Shown: positions 30,228 to 37,034 of the stretch, piece after piece
Layout of the letters: each line of letters begins with the position of its first letter
How positions within the stretch are numbered: position 1 is the stretch's first letter
Assembly (NCBI GenBank): GCA_902784805.1
Contig: CACZWD010000012.1
Coordinates: 11,133-75,132, forward strand
Reading direction: 5' to 3'
Source: an uncultured Ruminococcus sp.
GTDB lineage: Bacteria; Bacillota; Clostridia; RUG12999
DNA length: 64,000 bases
The notes under the pieces: model-generated
The model's database searches: none
What the model was told of the DNA's origin: nothing
The model's input: the letters and a program-made list of their open reading frames with translations, nothing else
Translations under genes and position numbers: made by a program

Positions 30228-30602
30228 ATGAGAATGTTTGAAATAGAATTTTATATGGACAAAAACGGTTATTCCGAAGTCTATGAATGGATATTACAAA
30301 TGGATAAAAAAGCCGAAAAGAGTAAAGACTATCGAATACGGCTAAAAAAGCTATATGAATATCTTGAAATTTTATCTAATTACGGAACATTTATAGGACA
30401 GCCTGTTGTTAAGCAGCTTAAAGGCACAGATTTTTGGGAATTACGACCTACAAGTGACAGAGTTATTTTTGTTCATGTGATAGGCAATAAATTCTTGTTG
30501 CTCAATCATTTTGTAAAAAAAACACAGAAGACACCTATAAGAGAGATTGAAAAGGCAAAACGTATGCTGAAAGATTATAAGGAAAGGAGCAATCAAAAGT
30601 GA
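30228..30602 (+). CDS. higB: type II toxin, RelE/ParE superfamily (HigB / phage Gp49-like)
   Basis: 124 aa. The pattern FYMDKNG.SEV.EW...L..L...G...G.P..K.L.G.D.WELRP.....R..F matches the Gp49-like killer family. It overlaps the downstream HTH gene by 4 nt. Confidence 0.8.
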   Translation: MRMFEIEFYMDKNGYSEVYEWILQMDKKAEKSKDYRIRLKKLYEYLEILSNYGTFIGQPVVKQLKGTDFWELRPTSDRVIFVHVIGNKFLLLNHFVKKTQKTPIREIEKAKRMLKDYKERSNQK

Positions 30603-30883
30603 GCAAACAATTGACATGGACAGAGGTTAAAAAAGAATTAAATTCAATATCTCAGGAAGATATTGATGAAATTGATTTAAAAGTCAAAATTATCGGTGAA
30701 ATTCTGAAAGAGCGCCAAAATGCCAATCTTACACAAGCACAAATGGGAGAGCTTACCGGAATGAAACAAGAGTTTATTGCAAGAATTGAAAGTAATAAAA
30801 CCGATCCGCAATTAACTACCGTATTAAAGCTTCTTCGTCCGCTTGGTTTGACGTTGGAAATTGTTCCGTTAGTGCATAAATAA
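30599..30883 (+). CDS. higA: type II antitoxin, XRE-family HTH (HigA-like)
   Basis: 94 aa with a GTG start in a GTGA overlap with higB. HTH reads NLTQAQMGELTGMKQEFIARIESNK. Confidence 0.8.
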   Translation: MSKQLTWTEVKKELNSISQEDIDEIDLKVKIIGEILKERQNANLTQAQMGELTGMKQEFIARIESNKTDPQLTTVLKLLRPLGLTLEIVPLVHK

Positions 30884-30895
30884 TTCCCAAAAAAT

Positions 30896-30929
30896 AACGT
30901 CCGGCATTAACAGCGGACGTTGTTTTTTT
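30896..30929. terminator. bidirectional terminator between higA and the RHH gene
   Basis: AACGTCCG / CGGACGTT stem, with A6 upstream and T7 downstream. Confidence 0.8.
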
Positions 30930-31116
30930 ATTGTTCCGGCTCGGTTTTACTTTTCTTTCCGCCCATATTGTTTATCGCGTATTCACAGCATTGCACAACC
31001 ACCTGATTAAAGGAAACGTCTTGTTCGGCGGCAAGCTTTGTTATTTTTTCAATCAATGTATCGGGCATTCTTACAGTTCTGTTGGAGCTTGTAGGTTTTT
31101 TTATTATAAAATCCAT
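30928..31116 (-). CDS. ribbon-helix-helix (Arc/CopG/YlcI-like) DNA-binding protein
   Basis: 62 aa with an AAGGAGG RBS. NRTVRMPDTLIEKITKLAAEQDVSFNQVVVQCCEYAI fits a beta-strand plus two-helix RHH pattern. Confidence 0.6.
   Translation of the reverse strand: MDFIIKKPTSSNRTVRMPDTLIEKITKLAAEQDVSFNQVVVQCCEYAINNMGGKKSKTEPEQ
30935..30962. repeat. 28-bp direct repeat, copy 1 (3' end of the RHH gene)
   Basis: TCCGGCTCGGTTTTACTTTTCTTTCCGC is identical to 33144..33171. On the minus strand it encodes GKKSKTEP. Confidence 0.85.
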
Positions 31117-31205
31117 ATCAGCACCTCCTTATAATATAATTTTACCTTATTTTATTATTTAATGATATAAGCAAAATAATAATTAAAAATTAATTCAAAA
31201 AATAG

Positions 31206-31234
31206 TTGAAAAAAGTATAAAAATATGATATAAT
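31206..31234 (+). promoter_or_regulatory. promoter TTGAAA-17-TGaTATAAT at the start of the tandem-repeat leader
   Basis: TTGAAA at 31206..31211 and TATAAT at 31229..31234 with the extended -10 TGa. Confidence 0.55.
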
Positions 31235-31425
31235 AGAACCAATGAATATAAGTTCGGCGTTGTCGTGAGGTAGATTTTATTATTTCAATGTACTTTGGTA
31301 CGGTTAGCACCTTGCGTATATGATATAATAAAATCAACTAATGAAAAAGGCGGCGTTGCCGTGAGGTAGATTTTATTGTTTCAATGTTCCGCGGCACGGT
31401 GCGCCGCTGCATATATGATATAATA
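31223..31425 (+). repeat. 95-nt tandem repeat (2 full units plus the start of a third) in the leader of the 31459 gene
   Basis: ATATGATATAATA recurs at 31223, 31318 and 31413. The conserved core GGCGTTGYCGTGAGGTAGATTTTATTRTTTCAATGT is at 31256 and 31352. The units are roughly three-quarters identical. Confidence 0.8.
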
Positions 31426-31458
31426 AAAAAGTAATTTAAGTTTGGAGGAGTAATATAA

Positions 31459-32430
31459 ATGAGGAAAATTTTATCTGTTTTAATTATTTTATGCCTGTTG
31501 CCGCAAATGTGTACTGCGGCGGTTTTGGGAAACTCAATCTATACCGATATTGCAACTTACATAAACCATTATCCTATACCGTCTTATCATTTTAAAAATT
31601 TAACGCTTATAGTTGCAGAAGATTTAGAAAATTACGGTTTTAATGTTAAATGGAATGAATATGCACAAAGTCTCACAATTACAAGAAATAAAGATAAGAA
31701 AATATCGGAATTAGTCACTTTTCGACCTGAAACGTATTTGATAGGACAAAAAAACCTCACAATTACAGATACACATATTAAAGTCTTTTATAAAAGTTAT
31801 CGGTATTATAATAATCCTCAATTTTATCAACTTTCGGCTTTTTATGGATATGTTTCCGATACATCAAACGGTAAAATATTAATAAATGTTGATGATTTAA
31901 GTTGTTTTGACAACACAACCGTTGTATGGTGTCCCGATATAAAAGCAATGAAAGTATGGATAGAGGACGGTATGCCTGTTAATTCTTCTTTTGACAATTT
32001 GCGCCGTTTTGATTGGAACATTGAAGTTATTTATACGGGTACATTTGATGATTTAGGAGAAACTTATTATTGGTATGAATACGCAGATTATCCTACCGCT
32101 TTTGTTTTATCATTAGCCGAAACATTAGATAAAAATAAAAATGTATATGTAATTGATTATGATAAAACCGTGGAAATAATTAAAGTTATTGACGCGGACG
32201 GAAATTCTATATTAAAAACAAAACCCGTTGGAAAAGGAACTTCACCGTCTGCGTATGCTACTTATTTTACAAGTTTATTGTTTTCGTCTTTTGCAATTTT
32301 AACAAAAGATGATTTAATGCCCCGTACCGCAAGCGACCCCGGAGGGCTTATAACGTTTAAATACGGAAGTTATCGGTTTGGAACTATCACAATAACTGTT
32401 AGAGTAGAGCAATTGCCGTATGGCGAATAG
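31459..32430 (+). CDS. secreted hypothetical protein
   Basis: 323 aa with a GGAGGAG RBS and signal peptide MRKILSVLIILCLLPQMCTAA. The N-terminal module YTDIATYINHYPIPSYHFKNLTLIVAEDLENYGFNVKWNEYAQSLTI resembles a short repeat seen in secreted clostridial proteins. I do not recognise the rest. Confidence 0.6.
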   Translation: MRKILSVLIILCLLPQMCTAAVLGNSIYTDIATYINHYPIPSYHFKNLTLIVAEDLENYGFNVKWNEYAQSLTITRNKDKKISELVTFRPETYLIGQKNLTITDTHIKVFYKSYRYYNNPQFYQLSAFYGYVSDTSNGKILINVDDLSCFDNTTVVWCPDIKAMKVWIEDGMPVNSSFDNLRRFDWNIEVIYTGTFDDLGETYYWYEYADYPTAFVLSLAETLDKNKNVYVIDYDKTVEIIKVIDADGNSILKTKPVGKGTSPSAYATYFTSLLFSSFAILTKDDLMPRTASDPGGLITFKYGSYRFGTITITVRVEQLPYGE

Positions 32431-32445
32431 AAAGGAGTGGTAAAA

Positions 32446-32733
32446 ATGGACGGAATTAAAGATTATTTAGAAAACATTGAAAAACAAAAAGCGGAAATCT
32501 CAGAGATACAAAGGTATAAAGAAAAACCTATATGTATAGCTGAAATTGTGCTATATATTCTTACTGCAATTTTTTATTTAATAAGCGGTTATAATTTTTT
32601 TAAATTAGCTGATTATGGGAATGAGTTAAATATGATACTGTTTCTTTCGGGGCTTATAAGCGGTACGTTTTTCCTCGGAATTGGTAAAATAGTATCTCTT
32701 TTGAATGAAATAAATTTTAAATTAGAAAAATAA
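32446..32733 (+). CDS. small membrane protein (two predicted TM helices)
   Basis: The ORF is 32437..32733. The ATG at 32446 lies 8 nt after AAAGGAG. The product has an N-terminal charged helix and then two hydrophobic segments. Confidence 0.5.
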   Translation: MDGIKDYLENIEKQKAEISEIQRYKEKPICIAEIVLYILTAIFYLISGYNFFKLADYGNELNMILFLSGLISGTFFLGIGKIVSLLNEINFKLEK

Positions 32734-32769
32734 TACCTTTTTCGTGAAGTCAAGAAAAAGATAAAATAA

Positions 32770-32817
32770 TTTGTGCAGGTTTAACAAAAATAAAAAACTT
32801 TTAAAAAACTGTTGAAA
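32770..32817 (+). repeat. copy B of the promoter-upstream repeat
   Basis: It has the same 25-nt core as 30143..30167, followed by a homologous -35 region. Confidence 0.8.
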
Positions 32818-32846
32818 TTCTGATGCAAATATAGTATAATAAATAT

Positions 32847-32936
32847 AGAAAAAGGCAAGACCTCAAACGGTTATGCTAAAGAGATTATTAAAAAAATAAC
32901 GCACTCATTTCAGCAGGTGGGCGTTATTTTTTTATG
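32847..32936 (+). ncRNA. candidate antisense small RNA (putative type I antitoxin)
   Basis: Consensus promoter TTGAAA-17-TATAAT (32812..32840). The transcript of about 90 nt has no plausible ORF. It ends at hairpin 32893..32930 plus T7 and is antisense to the 3' end of the 22-aa peptide gene. Confidence 0.4.
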
Positions 32937-32992
32937 GTTAAAGCCAATAATAGCAAAATTAACATAAAAGATATTATGTAATTTTTATCCAT
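32924..32992 (-). CDS. 22-aa hydrophobic peptide MDKNYIISFMLILLLLALTIKK (putative type I toxin)
   Basis: ATG at 32992 with SD AAGGGGG 8 nt upstream, and stop TAA at 32926..32924. Promoter TTGTAT-17-TATAAT at 33110..33082 on the minus strand. The terminator is shared with the convergent sRNA. The ORF is too short for the supplied track. Confidence 0.5.
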   Translation of the reverse strand: MDKNYIISFMLILLLLALTIKK

Positions 32993-33143
32993 AAGCCTCA
33001 CCCCCTTTCAGGGAAGTGACAGCATAACCGCCCAGCTTTTACACTGTTTTCAGTCTTGCCTGTCGGAAATCCGACTTTATCATTATATCATATAATTGTT
33101 TAAAATACAAGCATTTTTACAGACTTAATTAAAATTTTAATCG

Positions 33144-33171
33144 TCCGGCTCGGTTTTACTTTTCTTTCCGC
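33144..33171. repeat. 28-bp direct repeat, copy 2 (remnant of an RHH-gene 3' end abutting spoIID)
   Basis: Identical 28-mer. On the minus strand it reads ...EDSGKKSKTEPDD-stop, lying 13 nt from the spoIID stop codon. Confidence 0.85.
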
Positions 33172-33184
33172 TATCTTCAAATAA

Positions 33185-34186
33185 TTACTGTTTCACAACC
33201 TCCACGCCGGTATAGTAATATTTTAAAATATCAATGTAGCTTTTGCCGCTGTCGGCAAGGAATTTGCTGCCCCACTGACTGAGGCCCACGCCGTGACCGT
33301 AGCCTTTAACCTTAAATACAATTTTATCCCCAACGGGCGCTACGGTAAAATTATGCGAGCGCAGTGAAAACATTGTGCGTATTTTTGTGCCTTTAAATTC
33401 CACTCCGCCGATTTTTATGCTCATAACGCCGCCGCCTTCGGACAAAGCGGCATCAGAAAACCATTCCGCCGGATTTTCTCCGAAAACCGCGTCCGGCGCT
33501 TCTTTTAAAATAATTTCTTTAAATTCGTCAAAGGTAAAAGAAGCTTCCGAATTAAAATTCGGAGCGTTTTCATCAAAGCCGCTGGCGACACTTTTAAGGT
33601 AAGGGACCTCGCCGCCCCATACATCGGCGGCGTTTTCCGTTTTACCGCCCGACATAGAGTAATAAACCGCCGTTATAGGCTCACCGTTATAGACTATAAT
33701 TTCGTTTTCGGTAGCTTTAACCGCCGTTTTTATTTTTTTAAGATTTTCCTCCGCCTTGTCGCCCCAGGCGGCGCAAAGCTCCTCGGTTGATTTCCACGCC
33801 TTGCAGTGTGCGGGGTTTGTACAGACCGCCGCACCCTTGTGTTCGGACACGTCGCCCTTGTCCGCCATAATACGTGATATTATAAATGTTCTCGCGGCAA
33901 CTGCCTGCGCCTTTAAAGCCTCGTCCGGAAACGAAGCGGGCATTTCGGCGCCCACAACACCCACAAGATAATCTTCAAGCTCATATTCTCTGACCTCGTC
34001 CGCCGAAACGATGTAGCTTTTTATTTTATACGGTTTTTTTCCGAGCTTTGTTTCGGATTGTTTAATATAGTTTTTGGAAAGCTCGGTTTGAGGTTTCGGC
34101 ATATTTCCGTAAAAAGACACAACAAAAAAAGGAATAAAAAAAATAAGAAGTGCATAAACAGTTATGTACATTACGGTTCGTTTCAT
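33185..34186 (-). CDS. spoIID: stage II sporulation protein D (SpoIID lytic transglycosylase)
   Basis: 333 aa with an N-terminal TM anchor. SpoIID-family motifs: VVGAEMP...EALKAQAVAARTF, AVYYSMSGGKTENA, GHGVGLSQWG. Confidence 0.92.
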   Translation of the reverse strand: MKRTVMYITVYALLIFFIPFFVVSFYGNMPKPQTELSKNYIKQSETKLGKKPYKIKSYIVSADEVREYELEDYLVGVVGAEMPASFPDEALKAQAVAARTFIISRIMADKGDVSEHKGAAVCTNPAHCKAWKSTEELCAAWGDKAEENLKKIKTAVKATENEIIVYNGEPITAVYYSMSGGKTENAADVWGGEVPYLKSVASGFDENAPNFNSEASFTFDEFKEIILKEAPDAVFGENPAEWFSDAALSEGGGVMSIKIGGVEFKGTKIRTMFSLRSHNFTVAPVGDKIVFKVKGYGHGVGLSQWGSKFLADSGKSYIDILKYYYTGVEVVKQ

Positions 34187-34225
34187 TACGAAGCTGCTCC
34201 TTTGTGCGAAATATTTTCACTTAAA

Positions 34226-34253
34226 TAAATATGCGGAAAAACCCTGAATAATG
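34226..34253 (-). promoter_or_regulatory. sigma-E-like promoter candidate for spoIID (CATTATT-13-CATATTTA)
   Basis: The minus strand reads tCATTATT (34253..34247), a 13-nt spacer, then CATATTTA (34233..34226). This is close to the sigma-E consensus ATATT-N14-CATACA-T. spoIID is sigma-E dependent in model sporeformers. Confidence 0.45.
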
Positions 34254-34372
34254 AAAAACACAAAAAAAACAATTTTTTCCGCTCTTTTATCATAAAACTG
34301 TCACAATTAAAGGTTAAAATTAGAATGTTAAACTTTAAACTATTTGTGTTTACGAAAGGAATGATTATAAAT

Positions 34373-36325
34373 ATGGCTGAAAATATCAACGAAAACAAAA
34401 CGGAGGTTCTTCCCGAAATTCTCGAAACACCTCCCGAAAACAAGCCAAAAAATGCAAAAAAAGTACATAAAAAGCTTCCGAAGTGGCTTATTATACTTCT
34501 TGTCGCAGCCGTGCTGATTGCGGGTATTACGGTACTGCGCTCGGTTTTCGGAAAAAAGAAAGCGGAAACGGAGCAAAGCACTGCCGAGGTTACAAGAGGA
34601 AATGTCACAAAGGTCATTGAGGGTGAAGGTGTAATTACCGTTGACCAATATCAGGCGACCTCTCTTGTAAAAGGTGAAATTATCGCCTGCCATATTGAAG
34701 AAGGCGATTATGTCGAAAAAGACCAGGTGCTTTACGAAATTGATTCGGGCGATATGCAAAACAGTATAACACGCGCGAAAAACACTCTTAAAAATGCCGA
34801 AAACAGCTATAAAGAGGTGCTTGAAAACATAGCCGAGCTTAACATTACGGCACCTATAGGCGGTGTTGTTAAAACAATGCATGTTAAAAACGGTGACCAG
34901 GTAGGAAACGGTACACCGATTGCCGAAATAATAGATTCTTCCGTTATGAAGCTTAAAGTGCCGTTTTTACGCAGTGACGCCGCGCAGATTTATGTCGGCG
35001 AAAACGCATCCGTTGTGCTTTCAGCGACAGGTGAGCAGCTTTCGGGAAGTGTGTCGTCCGTATCTACAGGCTATCTTGTAAACGCTGACGGTGTTGCTGT
35101 ATCAAACGTTGAAATTCAGGTTTATAATCCGGGCGCGATTGTCCCAGGAAACATGGCAACCGCTAAAGTCGGCAGCTTTGCCTGCACGGATACGGGCAGC
35201 TTTGAATATAACAATTCCGAGACCGTAACGGCAAAACAAAGCGGAAAAATCCGGAATTTAAAATATGACGAAGCAGACAGAATTACGGCAGGCGCCGTAA
35301 TCGCGACAATCGAAAACACAAACCTTGTAAACAGCGTAGAATCATCAAGGATTGCCCTTGACAACGCAAAGCTTAATCTTGACGACCTTTACGATACGCT
35401 TGAAAATTATAAAATAAAATCCTCGATATCGGGTAAGGTTATTCAGAAAAATTCAAAGCTTGGCGACAAGATAGACAATACAAACGCGCAGACGGTTATG
35501 GCGATAATTTCCGACCCGTCGGAGCTTTCGTTTGATATAAGCGTTGATGAGCTTGATATCGCGAATATTAAAGTCGGTCAGGCGGTAAGCGTAACCGCTG
35601 ACGCTTTAACGGGACAGCGCTTTAAAGGGCACGTAGATAACGTGAGTGAGGTCGGAACATCAACCAACGGCGTAACCACTTATCCCGTAAAGGTTATAAT
35701 CGATACGGAAGGTGACAGCGACCTTATACCCGGTATGAATGTTGATGCCGTTATAACCGTGGATTCACGTGAAAACGTACTTGTTGTACCTTCTTCGGCA
35801 ATTCAAAGAGGAAATATCGTCTATCGTAAAAAAGACGGACAAACGGCAGATAAAGAGGATAAAGAAAATAAAGAGAAAAAGTCGGATAAAACAGGCAATA
35901 AAGAAAACGCCAATGGAAATGAAAAAGGAAACGCCAAAGAGAGAAACAACCAAATAAACGAATGGATGATGAAAAACGTCCCCGAAGGCTTTGAAGTAGT
36001 AAGAGTTGAAGTTGGGCTGTCGGATGAAAATAATGTAGAAATAATAAAGGGTCTTTCGGAGGGAGATATTGTTGCTGTTACGGCACAGGCAGGAAATTCC
36101 GATTTCGCGAGAATGATGCAGGAAATGCAGGGTCGTCCCGGCGGTATGGGCGGAGCACCCGGCGGCGGATACGGCGGCGGATACGGCGGCGGATACAGCA
36201 GCGGTAACCGTGCGGGAGGCACGTCCGGTGGCGGATACAGCGGCGGTAACCGTGCGGGCGGCGCGTCCGGCGACGGATACAGCGGAGGTAATCGTGCGGG
36301 CGGCGGAAATATGGGCGGCAGATAA
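34373..36325 (+). CDS. efflux ABC system periplasmic adaptor (HlyD/MacA/YknX family) with a Gly/Tyr-rich C-terminal tail
   Basis: The ORF starts at 34325; the likely start is ATG 34373 (MAENINE). It has an N-terminal TM anchor, a biotinyl-lipoyl-like hairpin and coiled-coil, and a beta-barrel region. A Lys/Glu/Asn-rich linker is followed by GGYGGGY... and three 14-aa repeats. Confidence 0.8.
   Translation: MAENINENKTEVLPEILETPPENKPKNAKKVHKKLPKWLIILLVAAVLIAGITVLRSVFGKKKAETEQSTAEVTRGNVTKVIEGEGVITVDQYQATSLVKGEIIACHIEEGDYVEKDQVLYEIDSGDMQNSITRAKNTLKNAENSYKEVLENIAELNITAPIGGVVKTMHVKNGDQVGNGTPIAEIIDSSVMKLKVPFLRSDAAQIYVGENASVVLSATGEQLSGSVSSVSTGYLVNADGVAVSNVEIQVYNPGAIVPGNMATAKVGSFACTDTGSFEYNNSETVTAKQSGKIRNLKYDEADRITAGAVIATIENTNLVNSVESSRIALDNAKLNLDDLYDTLENYKIKSSISGKVIQKNSKLGDKIDNTNAQTVMAIISDPSELSFDISVDELDIANIKVGQAVSVTADALTGQRFKGHVDNVSEVGTSTNGVTTYPVKVIIDTEGDSDLIPGMNVDAVITVDSRENVLVVPSSAIQRGNIVYRKKDGQTADKEDKENKEKKSDKTGNKENANGNEKGNAKERNNQINEWMMKNVPEGFEVVRVEVGLSDENNVEIIKGLSEGDIVAVTAQAGNSDFARMMQEMQGRPGGMGGAPGGGYGGGYGGGYSSGNRAGGTSGGGYSGGNRAGGASGDGYSGGNRAGGGNMGGR
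36161..36322 (+). repeat. in-frame coding tandem repeats (12-nt x3, then 42-nt x3) encoding a GGY / SGGNRAGG.SG.GY tail
   Basis: GGCGGCGGATAC x3 lies at 36161..36196. The 42-nt units are at 36197..36238, 36239..36280 and 36281..36322. Confidence 0.85.
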
Positions 36326-36338
36326 GGAGTTTTGTTAA

Positions 36339-37034
36339 ATGACAGCATTGGTTAACCTTAGAAATATATATAAAATATACGGTGAAGGCGAAAGCGAAAT
36401 TCACGCTCTTGACGGTATGTCGCTTGAAGTTCACGAGCATGAGTTTGTTGCCATTGTCGGCGCTTCCGGTTCGGGTAAATCCACCTGTATGAATATAATC
36501 GGCTGCCTTGATACACCGACTTCGGGTGAATATTTTCTTAACGGAACGGATGTCAGCACAATGAATGAAAAAGAGCTGGCGCATATAAGAAACAGAGAAA
36601 TAGGATTTATTTTTCAGCAATATAATCTTATACCAAAACTTACCGTGCTTGAAAACGTGGAGCTACCTTTAATATATCGCGGAATAAGCGCGTCCGAAAG
36701 AAAGAAAAAGGCGCGTGAAGCGCTTAAAAGAGTCGGTCTTTCAAACAGGGAAAATAAGTTTCCGAACCAGCTTTCGGGCGGACAGCAGCAGCGTGTTTCC
36801 ATCGCGCGCGCGCTTGCGGGGAACCCGCCTGTGATTCTTGCGGACGAGCCGACAGGCGCTCTCGATTCAAAAACAGGCAAAGAGGTTTTAGAGTTTTTAA
36901 AGGAGCTTAACCGTGACGGAACAACGATAATTTTAATCACTCACGATAACAGTATAGCGGAGCAGACAAAGAGAATTGTGAGAATCAGTGACGGAAAAAT
37001 TATTTCCGATGAAGTAAAGGAGGCGCAGGCTTAA
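36339..37034 (+). CDS. ABC transporter ATP-binding protein (MacB/LolD/FtsE-like)
   Basis: 231 aa. Walker A GASGSGKST, signature LSGGQQQRVSIARAL, Walker B ILADEPTGALD. Confidence 0.92.
   Translation: MTALVNLRNIYKIYGEGESEIHALDGMSLEVHEHEFVAIVGASGSGKSTCMNIIGCLDTPTSGEYFLNGTDVSTMNEKELAHIRNREIGFIFQQYNLIPKLTVLENVELPLIYRGISASERKKKAREALKRVGLSNRENKFPNQLSGGQQQRVSIARALAGNPPVILADEPTGALDSKTGKEVLEFLKELNRDGTTIILITHDNSIAEQTKRIVRISDGKIISDEVKEAQA

Noticed and set aside
31155-31337. 60-aa minus-strand ORF in the tandem-repeat leader
   Set aside because: It is AT-rich with an Ile/Phe/Tyr-rich translation and no RBS. It spans promoter and repeat sequence.
31223-31425. Possibility that the 95-nt tandem units are a small CRISPR array
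   Set aside because: There are only about 2.2 units. The inter-core segments are homologous to each other rather than unique spacers. No cas genes are nearby, and each unit carries a -10 promoter box.
21790-33184. Prophage or integrative element with recognisable mobility genes
   Set aside because: I could find no integrase, recombinase, transposase, terminal inverted repeats or adjacent tRNA. Only composition and gene content support horizontal origin.
34186-34882. Minus-strand ORFs 34186..34617 and 34340..34882
   Set aside because: They lie in the spoIID promoter region or antisense to the efflux adaptor gene. Their composition is hydrophobic or basic junk, and they have no RBS.
35821-36348. 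175-aa Pro-rich minus-strand ORF (and 36078..36620)
   Set aside because: It is a mirror image of the Gly-rich coding repeats of the efflux adaptor. The PPP/YPPP text is the expected antisense artefact.
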